A DNA stretch of 64,000 nt from Candidatus Roizmanbacteria bacterium (GTDB lineage: Bacteria > Patescibacteriota > Microgenomatia > UBA1406 > HO2-37-13b). The notes beneath the pieces are model-generated. The model saw only the letters and a program-made list of their open reading frames with translations. It ran no database searches and had not been told where the DNA came from. The DNA lies in the NCBI GenBank assembly GCA_038127095.1, contig JAYPGZ010000002.1:29502-93501 (forward strand), in the 5' to 3' direction. Position numbers and translations under genes: made by a program. Of this stretch, positions 1 through 9,983 are shown piece by piece (the first letter of the stretch is position 1; each line of letters opens with the position of its first letter).

Positions 1-2088
1 TTTTTGTAGCGCGAGTTGATAGGTGTTTGAGCCTGGTTTTAGTTTTTGATTAAGCGAGTATTGTACTTCTACTACGTCTCGGGTTTGTTTTCTTGTATTG
101 ATGAGCAGCTCTATTGTTTTAAAGTAAGCCGTGCTTTTTTCAACAACATTTTCTATCTCTTTTTTATTTATCATCACCTTTTCCACTTTGGCACTGCGTG
201 GAATATATAGTCTAAAGAAGTTTTTATAGTCTCCACCAAACTCATTATCAGGAGAATCATTCTGAATATACGATGTAAACGTATTGTATACAGCGCCATC
301 GTCTTTTATTGAAGTTGTTATCACAAAGTCTCGTGATACAAAGAAATTTGCCTTATTTACACCTAAATTTGCATCAATTGGTATTAAAGAGTTGCTTATG
401 CAAACACTGTTTCGAATACATTCGGATTGTAAAATTTCACCACCCCATCCTGTTTGTGCTACGGTCTTTTGTATTAATGGATCGGAAAAATTTAGGACTA
501 TATGTTTTTCTTCCAGGCTTTGAAGAATATTTTGACCTAACAACCCCTTATTCACTCCCTGTAAATTGGCGAGAATTGTTTGGAGTAGGGCAGATAGGAA
601 GCTTTTCTTCTGGGTAGACCCGGGGAAAAAATTGGTTTGTGCCCGCTCTTGTGTTTTTAGGTAAAAATTGTTTTTATCAACCGTTTCTTTGTAGTCTGAA
701 ACATACAAAGAGCCAAATGCATCAATGACATTCGTAATTCCGGTGGTGGTTATTCCAACGGCACCATCAAACGAAGCAAAGTTCATCTCTTTCTCTAAGA
801 ATATTTGAGCATTCTTCACGTTTTCAGGAAAGTCGGGCGAAAAATTTGAGTCACGTAAAAACCAGTGGGGTTGTTGTAAATAATCTCTGATAGCCTCGGG
901 GGGTTCGAGGTGAATTTTTAATTGTCCATCCGCATCGTATACATCGTACACCACAAGGTCTTTCATTGCGTAATTATCGAAATTTACGGTTGCAAAGGAT
1001 CCTAAAAATCCCCCTCCTGGGCGTAACTCCATATTGTTGTAAAAGAACAGTACGTATCGTTTTTTGCCATTACCTCCTAGCAATGTGTTGAGACTGTCAC
1101 TTAACTGCTCTATACGCGACAATGTTAATTCTGCGCGCTCAAGATTTGTACGGGCTGATTCGGGAATTGTAATTGGTAAAGATTCAATCGTGCGTGTAAG
1201 TACAAGACTTGTTTCGTGAAGGCGTTTTATTTCTCGATTCATTCGTGTAATATCTCCGCGAATTTGTGCGATTTGATTGGGCGTCTTATTTTCATCGAGT
1301 ATGAGCGAAAGTATGTTTGTCATTCTTTTTTCAATTGCTAGTGTGTCGGCTACCATAGACGAGGCAGCATGTATGGTTGTCACTGTTGAGTCAGGTAAGA
1401 GTGCTAACGAAAAGAATGAAAGCGTGGGTCTGCTGAGGGCATATAAAAACTCGCCGCTTTTTAGAAAGGGCTGTGCGTGCGCTAGGGAGCGCGATGCTTT
1501 TTCTGTATTGTTGCTTCTAACTTCCCGTATTGATTGGTAAATAAATCCGGCAGCTATTCCCATAGGAACAATAAACAATACTTCAAAGAGTAGGAAAATG
1601 ATTAAGAAGTATGCGATTAGCCTGCGACGCGACGGTGGATTTGGCCAACGGAGTTGTAAGTGGGGTAACCGTTCGCGCTTTTTTATTGGTAATGTGTGGG
1701 AAATATCTAGTAACCGTTTTGATTCTGGTGTGAATACAAATCCAAGAATCGTTTCTACGCTTTCTCCGGCTGTGTGTTTATTGATTAATATTATTCGAAG
1801 AGCGGGTTGTTCTTTAATCATGTGTTCGATCTCTTTTTTTGTACTCTTGTTTGTTACCAGTATGTATTGAGAAACAAATTTTGGAACAGGAAGGTTTTTT
1901 GGTAATTTTTCGAAGAAAAAAACTCTTTTGTATTCGGAGACTTTTGAAGGAATAGCGGTGCTTGCAAAAGTATCGATGTTAAATGTTTTTAACTGAGTTA
2001 CTAAAGAAGAAATAAGCGGAGTTTTTTTTGAATAAACCAATAATACTTTTTCATTATTCTCAATAACTTCTTCTCTAAATAGTTTCAT
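1..2088 (-). CDS. DUF4012 domain-containing membrane protein (partial; C-terminal end lies beyond window start)
   Basis: Own translation of the minus strand from ATG 2088-2086 stays open for all 696 codons to position 1 (MKLFREEVIENNEK...). It contains NNMELRPGGGFLGSFA, the signature block of DUF4012. It is absent from the ORF track because no stop falls inside the window. The + strand ORFs 284-617 and 1277-1870 are antisense artefacts. Confidence 0.8.
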   Translation of the reverse strand, partial: MKLFREEVIENNEKVLLVYSKKTPLISSLVTQLKTFNIDTFASTAIPSKVSEYKRVFFFEKLPKNLPVPKFVSQYILVTNKSTKKEIEHMIKEQPALRIILINKHTAGESVETILGFVFTPESKRLLDISHTLPIKKRERLPHLQLRWPNPPSRRRLIAYFLIIFLLFEVLFIVPMGIAAGFIYQSIREVRSNNTEKASRSLAHAQPFLKSGEFLYALSRPTLSFFSLALLPDSTVTTIHAASSMVADTLAIEKRMTNILSLILDENKTPNQIAQIRGDITRMNREIKRLHETSLVLTRTIESLPITIPESARTNLERAELTLSRIEQLSDSLNTLLGGNGKKRYVLFFYNNMELRPGGGFLGSFATVNFDNYAMKDLVVYDVYDADGQLKIHLEPPEAIRDYLQQPHWFLRDSNFSPDFPENVKNAQIFLEKEMNFASFDGAVGITTTGITNVIDAFGSLYVSDYKETVDKNNFYLKTQERAQTNFFPGSTQKKSFLSALLQTILANLQGVNKGLLGQNILQSLEEKHIVLNFSDPLIQKTVAQTGWGGEILQSECIRNSVCISNSLIPIDANLGVNKANFFVSRDFVITTSIKDDGAVYNTFTSYIQNDSPDNEFGGDYKNFFRLYIPRSAKVEKVMINKKEIENVVEKSTAYFKTIELLINTRKQTRDVVEVQYSLNQKLKPGSNTYQLALQK

Positions 2089-2128
2089 AGCGTGTTCACA
2101 TTATAATATAATAGGCTCAATAAACCGT

Positions 2129-2587
2129 ATGCCCATACTTTCTTACGCGCAAGCGCAACAAACAATTCCAACGCTGAAAAATTCAGTAGGCGTAAGTGGG
2201 TGTTTTGACATTCTTCATATTGGACACCTTCATTTTCTAAAAGAGGCTCGTACGTATGGTGACCAACTAGTTGTTCTGTTGGAAGGTGATGAATTCATAA
2301 CAAAGGCAAAAAATCGTAGTTCGTTTCATACACAAATGGAAAGGGCAGAAATATTGAGCGCGCTCAGATGCGTAGATTATGTGGTATTACTTCCGTATTT
2401 ACATGAAGAGTCGGAATATTTAACAATGCATATGAAAATTGCACTACAGAACCTGGTGGTAAGTTCACACGATCCATACAAAGAGCAAAAAAAAGAACAA
2501 TTGCGTCGTGCAGGTGGAAAAGTAATCTTGCTCGATACGCTTGTACAAAATAAATCAACCACAAAGATTCTAGAATACTTCGGGTAG
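2129..2587 (+). CDS. cytidylyltransferase-like nucleotidyltransferase (TagD/RfaE-II type)
   Basis: 152-aa ORF. SGCFDILHIGHLHFL carries the (H/T)xGH signature of the cytidylyltransferase-like family. Confidence 0.7.
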   Translation: MPILSYAQAQQTIPTLKNSVGVSGCFDILHIGHLHFLKEARTYGDQLVVLLEGDEFITKAKNRSSFHTQMERAEILSALRCVDYVVLLPYLHEESEYLTMHMKIALQNLVVSSHDPYKEQKKEQLRRAGGKVILLDTLVQNKSTTKILEYFG

Positions 2588-2629
2588 GTGTTTTGGGGAG
2601 AATACGAAGAGTAATTTTGATAATACACA

Positions 2630-2667
2630 ACACATAACACGCTTTCTACTTGTCGCGTGTTATGTGT
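2630..2667. terminator. perfect 13-bp inverted repeat between convergent gene ends (putative bidirectional terminator)
   Basis: ACACATAACACGC (2630-2642) pairs with GCGTGTTATGTGT (2655-2667) around a 12-nt loop. There is no clear U-tract. Confidence 0.5.
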
Positions 2668-2685
2668 AATGGGTTGATAAAAAAA

Positions 2686-2832
2686 TTATGCAGCTGCACC
2701 GATTTTGTACATTCCGGTTCCACAAACTGGACATTTTCCTTTCATAGCAGGTCGACCATTTTTCATGGTAACAGCTTCAGGATCAACAGCTTCACGTTTT
2801 TCTCGACATTTTACACAATACATCATTGCCAT
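2686..2832 (-). CDS. small zinc-ribbon protein, DUF5679-like
   Basis: Unlisted 48-aa ORF (below the track cut-off). Own translation: MAMMYCVKCREKREAVDPEAVTMKNGRPAMKGKCPVCGTGMYKIGAAA, with two CxxC pairs. It is preceded by GGAGGGAGGTGAAA. Confidence 0.65.
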   Translation of the reverse strand: MAMMYCVKCREKREAVDPEAVTMKNGRPAMKGKCPVCGTGMYKIGAAA

Positions 2833-2859
2833 ATGTTTCACCTCCCTCCGACGGTGTTT

Positions 2860-3060
2860 TTACGCACCGGTACCCATAAGGTTAGCATAAAAAATAAGAA
2901 ATTCAAGAGCAAATAGGACCGCGATAATGATTGCTGTTTTTTTTAAGTCTGCAATTGCGAACTGCTTCACAGTGTCTTCTTCGGACATTTTTTTGTCAGG
3001 GACATTGGTTTGGACTGCTGCAGAAAGGTTCTTTTTAAATTTTCTATTTTTTTTACCCAT
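2860..3060 (-). CDS. small membrane protein, hypothetical
   Basis: 66-aa ORF with a Lys-rich N-terminus and one C-terminal hydrophobic helix. No family recognised. Confidence 0.35.
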   Translation of the reverse strand: MGKKNRKFKKNLSAAVQTNVPDKKMSEEDTVKQFAIADLKKTAIIIAVLFALEFLIFYANLMGTGA

Positions 3061-3134
3061 AATTTTAGAACTGAACTTTTATTTGTTGCTCATGTTTTAT
3101 CACATTCGGCGTTGTTTGTAAAGCACGATCCTTA

Positions 3135-3620
3135 TTGAAATCTATTCTCGATCGGTTATACAATGAACCAATGGAAGTTTTGTATGTTGCTTTAAGTGTA
3201 TCTTTTTTATGGCTTATTCTTTTAACGGTTCTGTTGTTGAAAGTAAAAAAACATTACAATAGTCTTATCGGACACACAGGAAAAAAGTCACTTGACGGTA
3301 TTTTAGACGGAATCATTGCGCAAGACAAGCGATTTGAACAAGAAATACATGAATTGAAAAAAGGTCTGGAAGAAGTACGTACTCAATCAGACTTTCATTT
3401 TCAGAAAACTGGTCTGGTTCGATTCAATCCTTTTGAGCGTCAGGGAGGAGAACAAAGCTTTATTTTGTCGTTGTTAGATAAAAAAAACAATGGCATAATT
3501 CTAAACTTTTTGTATACTAAAGAAGGAGTGCGAGTTTACTCAAAGCGAATCACTGAAGGGAAAAGCGATGATTACGAACTATCCAAAGAAGAAAAGGAAG
3601 CACTAACCAACGCAAAATAA
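3135..3620 (+). CDS. DUF4446 family protein
   Basis: 161 aa from a TTG start (ATG at 3171 is an alternative). N-terminal TM helix plus the GLVRFNPFERQGGEQSFILSLLD block typical of DUF4446. Confidence 0.7.
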   Translation: MKSILDRLYNEPMEVLYVALSVSFLWLILLTVLLLKVKKHYNSLIGHTGKKSLDGILDGIIAQDKRFEQEIHELKKGLEEVRTQSDFHFQKTGLVRFNPFERQGGEQSFILSLLDKKNNGIILNFLYTKEGVRVYSKRITEGKSDDYELSKEEKEALTNAK

Positions 3621-3621
3621 T

Positions 3622-4764
3622 ATGAATAATAAATTTATTGCAGGTATTGGAGTATTACTATTTGTTCTTTCAACCTATTTTTCTTACGCATATTTTAGTT
3701 CCGGCAATTCTCTTGCTAAGCTTGCCGATAATGTCAAGAACGCAACACAGCTATCTACCCTTTCCATTAATCCCAACGATCCAAAAACAGAAGAATGTCC
3801 GTTAAACGGAAAAATGCTTACTAAGCAACACCGAGATGCATGGGAAAGTCGTCGCCCGCTCGGAGTTGCAATTGAGAATCATGTAGATTCTCGTCCACAG
3901 TCTGGTCTTTCGAGTGCCGATATTGTGTTTGAAGCTGTGGCAGAAGGTGGTATTACCCGATTTTTGGCTGTTTTCTATTGTGAGGACGCTCCTCGTATAG
4001 GACCTGTTCGTTCGGCCCGCATATATTTCTTGGATTTGTTGCAAGGATTTGGTGATCATCCGCTTTACGCGCATGTAGGAGGTGCTAATACGCCTGGTCC
4101 GGCCGATGCGCTCGGTGAAATTCGAGATTTGGGATGGGATGGATATAATGATCTGAATCAATTTGCTGTTCCGTTCCCTATTTATTACCGAGATTACGAA
4201 TTATTACCTAATGTAGCTACTGAACATACTATGTATTCTTCGACTCAGAAATTGTGGCAGTATGCTTCTACAAAGCGTGGACTTTCAAATGTTGATAAAG
4301 AAGGGATGCCATGGACGCAGGGATTTAAAGCATGGAAATTTAAAAAAGATGAACCCGCAAGCCCAACCGCCACAACCATTTCGTTTGATTTCTGGACACC
4401 CGGAGCTTATTCGGTTAAGTGGAAGTATGATGCAGCGTCAAATAGCTACGCTCGTGTGAATGGAACATCATCTCACGTCGATAACAATTCAAAAAAACAA
4501 TTAACAACCAAGAATGTGGTTGTTGCATTTATGAAAGAATCTCCGGCCAACGATGGATACGAAGGAGGACATTTATTGTATAAAACCACTGGTTCAGGAA
4601 AAGCCATTATGTTTATGGATGGCAAGGCAATTGAAGGGCAGTGGGAACGAACCAAGACAACCGATTCTTTAAATTTCGTAGATTCGTCCGGTGCGCAGGT
4701 TTCATTTAATCGCGGTCAAATCTTTGTTGAAGTTGTTCCACAGGGAAATGACGTGAATTACTAA
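3622..4764 (+). CDS. DUF3048 domain-containing protein
   Basis: 380 aa with an N-terminal membrane anchor. RPLGVAIENHVDSRPQSGLSSADIVFEAVAEGGITRFLAVF matches the DUF3048 core. Confidence 0.75.
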   Translation: MNNKFIAGIGVLLFVLSTYFSYAYFSSGNSLAKLADNVKNATQLSTLSINPNDPKTEECPLNGKMLTKQHRDAWESRRPLGVAIENHVDSRPQSGLSSADIVFEAVAEGGITRFLAVFYCEDAPRIGPVRSARIYFLDLLQGFGDHPLYAHVGGANTPGPADALGEIRDLGWDGYNDLNQFAVPFPIYYRDYELLPNVATEHTMYSSTQKLWQYASTKRGLSNVDKEGMPWTQGFKAWKFKKDEPASPTATTISFDFWTPGAYSVKWKYDAASNSYARVNGTSSHVDNNSKKQLTTKNVVVAFMKESPANDGYEGGHLLYKTTGSGKAIMFMDGKAIEGQWERTKTTDSLNFVDSSGAQVSFNRGQIFVEVVPQGNDVNY

Positions 4765-4765
4765 C

Positions 4766-5341
4766 GTGTTAGCTCGCATAATTCCATCTCAAACTCGTAG
4801 GAAAGTATTATCGCTCTTCTTTCAGAATTCCTCTGAAATGTATCACATGCGACGAATTAGTCGAGAAATTAATGAGGAAATTAATGCGGTCAAGCGAGAA
4901 TTGGGTATTTTGGAAAAAGAAGGTGTATTAAATAAAGAAAAAAGAGTAAATAAGATTATGTTTAGTTTGGATCCGAAATATCGTTTCTACGACGAGTTTT
5001 TGCGCATGTTTGCTAAAGAAAACGAATTATCAGTACAAATCTACAAGAATATTTCAAAATTAGGAAAAATAAAATTCATTGCAGTTTCATTAAAATATGC
5101 CCAAAAGAAACCGGCCAAAGAGGGTGAAATTTATGTTTTATTTGTTGGAGTAGTTGTAATTGCAGAAGTTGCTGCTATACTATCTGAGCAAGAAAAAGTC
5201 TTTGGGTCAGAAATTAATTACACGGTAATGACAGAAGATGAGTTAAAATTTCGTAAAAAAAATAACGATCCGTTTATTTGGCAATTCTTAAAAGAACCAA
5301 AAATTATGCTTGTCGGAAATGAATCCGATCTTACTACATGA
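4766..5341 (+). CDS. hypothetical protein, possible winged-helix regulator
   Basis: 191 aa from a GTG start. The N-terminal segment RRISREINEEINAVKRELGILEKEGVL looks wHTH-like; nothing more specific. Confidence 0.4.
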   Translation: MLARIIPSQTRRKVLSLFFQNSSEMYHMRRISREINEEINAVKRELGILEKEGVLNKEKRVNKIMFSLDPKYRFYDEFLRMFAKENELSVQIYKNISKLGKIKFIAVSLKYAQKKPAKEGEIYVLFVGVVVIAEVAAILSEQEKVFGSEINYTVMTEDELKFRKKNNDPFIWQFLKEPKIMLVGNESDLTT

Positions 5342-6642
5342 AAAATATTCGTTTTTTACTATTGTTTTCGATTCTTATTTTACTGTCGCTATACATTGAT
5401 GTGGCAGATGTAGCTCAATTGAATTGGGCAATAGGTAAATATAAACTTCCCCAATACACTACTCAATTGGGTTTGGATCTCAAAGGAGGAAGTCACTTGG
5501 TTTTTGAGGCTGATATGAAAGATATTGCCAGCGCAGATAGAAAAGATGCGATAGAATCTGCGCGTAATATTATTGAACGACGGGTCAATTTTTTTGGAGT
5601 AAGTGAACCATCGGTTCAAACCACACAGGTTGGCCAAACGTATCGCCTTCTTGTCGATTTACCAGGAAGCAATAATACCAGTAATGCGATTTCTTTAATT
5701 GGACAAACTGCTCGTCTTGAATTTACGGAACTTGCTTCTTCTGAAGCTAAACTTGCAACAGATACCCCACTTTTTGCACAAGTCACTAAACTAACTGGTC
5801 TTACTGGAAAACATATTAAGCGTTCAAAGGTGGAATTTGACCAAACGGGCAAACCTGCAGTTGGGTTGGAATTTAGTAGTGAAGGAACCAAGATGTTTGC
5901 AGAATTAACAACGAGAAACGTAGGAAAGCCGATTGGGATTTTTGTTGATGGCTATCCAATTACCAATCCTCCAACAGTGAGCCAACCAATTCTTGACGGG
6001 AAGGGAATTATTACGGGAGACTTTTCTCTTGAGCAAGCAAAACAACTTTCCATTTCAATCAATTCAGGAGCATTGCCGGTGTCGATTAAGCTTGTTGAGC
6101 AACGAAGCATAGGTCCATCACTTGGAGCAGAGCATATTCGTAAAAGTTTAGTTGCCGGAGTAGTTGGACTTATGGGCGTTATATTATTTATGCTTTTGTA
6201 TTACGGTCGCTTAGGATTGATCGCTGCTGTAGGATTATTGTTATACGGACTTGTTTCATTTGCAATTTTCAAGCTGTTTTCGTTAGTTCTTACGTTACCA
6301 GGAATTGCAGGATTCATTCTCTCAATCGGCATGGCTGTCGACTCAAATATTCTTATTTTTGAACGGATCAAGGAAGAAGCTCGAAAAGGCAAAGATATTC
6401 GAGGTGCTGTTAGGGTAGGTTTTGGTCGTGCTATTGACGCAATTAAAGATGCAAATGTTACCACGATTCTTGTGGCTCTGATCCTTTATAACCCACTTAA
6501 TGCTAGTTGGTTACCTCAATTTGGTCTCATACGAGGATTTGCACTAACACTTTTAATAGGAGTCGTTGTAAGTTTGTTTACTGGAGTGTTTGTAACTAAA
6601 CGTTTATTGGAAATTTTTTACTTACCCAAAGAAAAAAAATAA
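5338..6642 (+). CDS. secD: protein translocase subunit SecD
   Basis: 434 aa with a periplasmic domain followed by a multi-TM C-terminal half (SIGMAVDSNILIFERIKEE). It is directly followed by secF. Confidence 0.9.
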   Translation: MKNIRFLLLFSILILLSLYIDVADVAQLNWAIGKYKLPQYTTQLGLDLKGGSHLVFEADMKDIASADRKDAIESARNIIERRVNFFGVSEPSVQTTQVGQTYRLLVDLPGSNNTSNAISLIGQTARLEFTELASSEAKLATDTPLFAQVTKLTGLTGKHIKRSKVEFDQTGKPAVGLEFSSEGTKMFAELTTRNVGKPIGIFVDGYPITNPPTVSQPILDGKGIITGDFSLEQAKQLSISINSGALPVSIKLVEQRSIGPSLGAEHIRKSLVAGVVGLMGVILFMLLYYGRLGLIAAVGLLLYGLVSFAIFKLFSLVLTLPGIAGFILSIGMAVDSNILIFERIKEEARKGKDIRGAVRVGFGRAIDAIKDANVTTILVALILYNPLNASWLPQFGLIRGFALTLLIGVVVSLFTGVFVTKRLLEIFYLPKEKK

Positions 6643-6643
6643 T

Positions 6644-7507
6644 ATGATTAACTTTTTGAAATATACAAAGCTATATGTATGCATCTCTGTACTCGTTATT
6701 GTAGTAGGGTGGGCATCGCTCTTTACCAATGGTGTGAATGTTTCGATTGATTTTACCGGAGGGTCTGTTATGCAGTACCAGAGTCAAAAGCCACTTACGC
6801 AAGCTCAGGTAGAAGCGGTTTTGCAAAAAGAAAAGGTGTCTGTCGTTTCTCTTTCAAAGGAAAGTAACAATACTTTTCTTATAAAAACAAGACTCGTAAC
6901 TGATCAGCAAGAACGTGCGCTTCGCGAGGCGCTTAAAAAAGAATACTCATCATCGATTCAGCAACTTAAGTATGAAACTGTTGGTCCTACACTAGGAAAT
7001 GAAATGATGAAAAAAACATTTGTTGCATCGCTGATTGCTGTACTGATTATTTTGGCGTATCTTACATTTGCATTTAAAAAATTCAACTACGGAGTTGCGG
7101 CGGTAGTTGCCATGATGCATGACTTGTTAGTACTTGTTGGTACATACTCACTACTTTCTTACTATTTGCGAGCCGAGATTGATACGTTATTTGTCACTGC
7201 GGTTTTAACTACACTTTCGTTTTCTGTTCATGACACAATTGTACTTTTTGATAAGATACGAGAATATCGAAAACAATCCACGCTGCCGTTGTCAACTATG
7301 GCTAATAAGGCATTTACCGAAACGGTAGTGCGATCGATTAATAACTCGCTTACCATTTTACTCATGTTAGTTCCATTAACTCTTTTTGGAGGTCAGTCAA
7401 TTCAATTTTTCTCGGCCGCATTGTTAATTGGAACGGTAACAGGAATGTACTCTTCACCATTCGTGGCAGTTCCCGTTTTGGTTTGGCTTGAAAAACGTAA
7501 AAAATGA
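6644..7507 (+). CDS. secF: protein translocase subunit SecF
   Basis: 287 aa with the IDFTGGS motif and six hydrophobic helices, adjacent to secD. Confidence 0.9.
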   Translation: MINFLKYTKLYVCISVLVIVVGWASLFTNGVNVSIDFTGGSVMQYQSQKPLTQAQVEAVLQKEKVSVVSLSKESNNTFLIKTRLVTDQQERALREALKKEYSSSIQQLKYETVGPTLGNEMMKKTFVASLIAVLIILAYLTFAFKKFNYGVAAVVAMMHDLLVLVGTYSLLSYYLRAEIDTLFVTAVLTTLSFSVHDTIVLFDKIREYRKQSTLPLSTMANKAFTETVVRSINNSLTILLMLVPLTLFGGQSIQFFSAALLIGTVTGMYSSPFVAVPVLVWLEKRKK

Positions 7508-8232
7508 GACTTAATAAATTTTTGGCTAGTAGTGGATTTTCCTCGCGACGGGGTGCAGATGAAGTGATTAAAAACGGCAAAGTTCGTGTAAACGGTAAAC
7601 GGGCTGTTTTGGGACTTGATGTTGATCCTTCAAAAGATACAGTTGAAATATTTACTGATACGTGGCGTGTCATCTCTGTTGAAGCTGATAGAGTGGTGTA
7701 CGCGCTTAATAAGCCCATTGGGTACGTTTCTACAGTTTCAGACCCTGATGGTAAAAAAACAATCGTTTCACTCGTGCCACCGTCTCCCCGAGTATTTCCC
7801 GTAGGAAGGCTCGATGAAGATTCCAAAGGACTCATTTTACTTACTAATGATGGACATCTAACACAACGACTTACTCATCCATCTACGCATGTAGAAAAAG
7901 AATATCGAGTGGTGTGCGAATTTGCCCGACAATTACCCAAAGACGAATTTGAGCATCATCTTGATAAAGTTCGAAAAGGAGTATTACTAAAGGAAGGAAG
8001 GACACAACCAGCAAAAATTGATGTGCTTGATTTTTATCCGGGTCGATGCGTACTAAGAATTACTATTTCTGAAGGTAAACGTCGACAGATTAGACGATCT
8101 ATGCAGAAAATCCAGATGACGGTCGTGGAACTTGAACGGACGCGAATTGGAGGGTTAACATTACTGAGTCTGAATCTAGCTCCTCGAAAGTATGTAAAGC
8201 TTACAGATGAACAGAGAGCAATGCTCGTATAA
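7504..8232 (+). CDS. pseudouridine synthase, RsuA/RluB family
   Basis: N-terminal S4 domain (MRLNKFLASSGFSSRRGADEVI) and catalytic block VGRLDEDSKGLILLTNDG. Confidence 0.85.
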   Translation: MRLNKFLASSGFSSRRGADEVIKNGKVRVNGKRAVLGLDVDPSKDTVEIFTDTWRVISVEADRVVYALNKPIGYVSTVSDPDGKKTIVSLVPPSPRVFPVGRLDEDSKGLILLTNDGHLTQRLTHPSTHVEKEYRVVCEFARQLPKDEFEHHLDKVRKGVLLKEGRTQPAKIDVLDFYPGRCVLRITISEGKRRQIRRSMQKIQMTVVELERTRIGGLTLLSLNLAPRKYVKLTDEQRAMLV

Positions 8233-8238
8233 GAAATG

Positions 8239-8703
8239 TTAACTCTGCCTATCTAAATCATCTATTAACGCTTCTATTTCTTGTACATTTCCTGCAAGTC
8301 CCATTTGAACTTGCCAGGTTTTTAGATCGGTTTTGCCTTCTTCAAGAGGACAGTTTTCCGTTGGTATCATGAGGCTCCATGGGTCTTTATTATATGGGAA
8401 TCCAATGTTTGAATTGTGAAAATATATTTCTGGTACTCCATCTTCGTCTGGAAGCTCTTCAAATATTGATTCAATTCCTTGCGACAATCCGGCGAAATTA
8501 ATTACGCCCGTATATCCATCCTCTTGTACTTCAAGTGAAAATGGCTGATCAGGTGTAAAGCTAATGCGTTGTATTAAAACGCCAGTTCGTATGTTTGGCT
8601 TTTTATCATTGCTAGATACGACAAGGGTTACACGTTGGTCAGGGTGAATTTCTGTAAGTCTATTATGTAATGGTAACGGTCTTCTTTCGGACATAGGGCG
8701 CAT
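8239..8703 (-). CDS. hypothetical protein
   Basis: The track ORF runs to 8799 but would overlap the divergent gene at 8783. The ATG at 8703 (MRPMSERR...) is more plausible. No family recognised. Confidence 0.4.
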   Translation of the reverse strand: MRPMSERRPLPLHNRLTEIHPDQRVTLVVSSNDKKPNIRTGVLIQRISFTPDQPFSLEVQEDGYTGVINFAGLSQGIESIFEELPDEDGVPEIYFHNSNIGFPYNKDPWSLMIPTENCPLEEGKTDLKTWQVQMGLAGNVQEIEALIDDLDRQS

Positions 8704-8782
8704 TATACACCTAAACGGAATATTGTCAATAAGTTTAAATCCCAACTTAACATATGTTGAATAGTGTACAATACACCAACAT

Positions 8783-9943
8783 ATGTCAACGCCTACCATA
8801 ATTTGTCCACATTGTAAGCAGGAAATCGAACTTTCACAGGCGTTATCGCATCAAATGCGCGAGCAGATTATGGCCACGGTAGCTACTAAGCATGCCGCAG
8901 AGCTTGAAGAAGCTAAAAAACTTTCTCTGCAAGAAGCTCAAAAGAAAGCTGCGGCAGAATTTGAACAGCAAACAAAAAATCTTTCTATTGAAATTGCAGA
9001 AGAAAAAGATCGCAACAAAAAACTCACCGAAAAACTCGATGGTCTTTTGGAAGAAATGCGAGCACTTCGACGTCGCGATGAAGAGCGGGAATTAGAAATG
9101 AAAGAAAAGTTTCTGAAGGAAGAAGAGAGGATTTCACTTGAGGCCCGAAAAAAAGCAGAAGCAGAGCATGAACTGAAGGATTTGGAAAAAAATAAGAAAT
9201 TAAATGATGCGCTTCGCCAAATAGAAGAGCTCAAAACTAAAATGCAACAGGGTTCCCAACAAATGCAAGGCGAGGTGTTGGAGCTTGAACTCGAGAGATT
9301 ATTGCATGCCGAGTTTCCCACTGATTCTATCAGTGAAGTAAAAAAAGGGGAACGGGGTGCGGATACCGTTCACACTGTTATCGATAAATTGGGTCGAACG
9401 TGTGGAACTATTTTGTGGGAAACTAAAAATGCTCAGTGGCAAGCTTCATGGATTCCAAAATTGAAAGAAGATCAGCGTGCAAAAAAGTCGGAACTTGCTG
9501 TTTTAGTAACTATTAATAAACCCGAGTGGCTCGAATCGTTTACATATAAAGATGGTGTTTGGGTGACTTCATGGAAATTTGCGTTACCACTCGCATTTGC
9601 TTTGCGGTATCACCTAGTAAGTATTAAGCATGAAAAGGCTTCTTACGAGGGAAGAGATGGAAAAATGGAAGTGTTGTATCAGTATTTAACAGGAACCGAA
9701 TTCAAGCATCGAGTCGAGGCGATCGTGGAGGGCTTTGGATCGATGCAAAAAGAGCTTGAACGCGAAAAAAATTGGTTTCATACGAAGTGGGCTAAGCAGG
9801 AAAAAGAAATGCGGAAAGTTCTCAACAACACTCATGGAATGTACGGGGATCTACAGGGTATCATTGGTGCATCACTGCCTGAATTACCGAGTGGTATAAT
9901 GAACGAAATAGAGCCTTCCGACAATACAGATAATACAAAATGA
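8783..9943 (+). CDS. DUF2130 domain-containing protein
   Basis: 386 aa with an N-terminal CPHC knuckle, a long Glu/Lys coiled coil and a conserved C-terminal block (ILWETKNAQWQASWIPKLKEDQ). Confidence 0.7.
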   Translation: MSTPTIICPHCKQEIELSQALSHQMREQIMATVATKHAAELEEAKKLSLQEAQKKAAAEFEQQTKNLSIEIAEEKDRNKKLTEKLDGLLEEMRALRRRDEERELEMKEKFLKEEERISLEARKKAEAEHELKDLEKNKKLNDALRQIEELKTKMQQGSQQMQGEVLELELERLLHAEFPTDSISEVKKGERGADTVHTVIDKLGRTCGTILWETKNAQWQASWIPKLKEDQRAKKSELAVLVTINKPEWLESFTYKDGVWVTSWKFALPLAFALRYHLVSIKHEKASYEGRDGKMEVLYQYLTGTEFKHRVEAIVEGFGSMQKELEREKNWFHTKWAKQEKEMRKVLNNTHGMYGDLQGIIGASLPELPSGIMNEIEPSDNTDNTK

Positions 9944-9983
9944 GACTAATAGTCCGTAGACAAATGAATACAAGTCTTTTATA

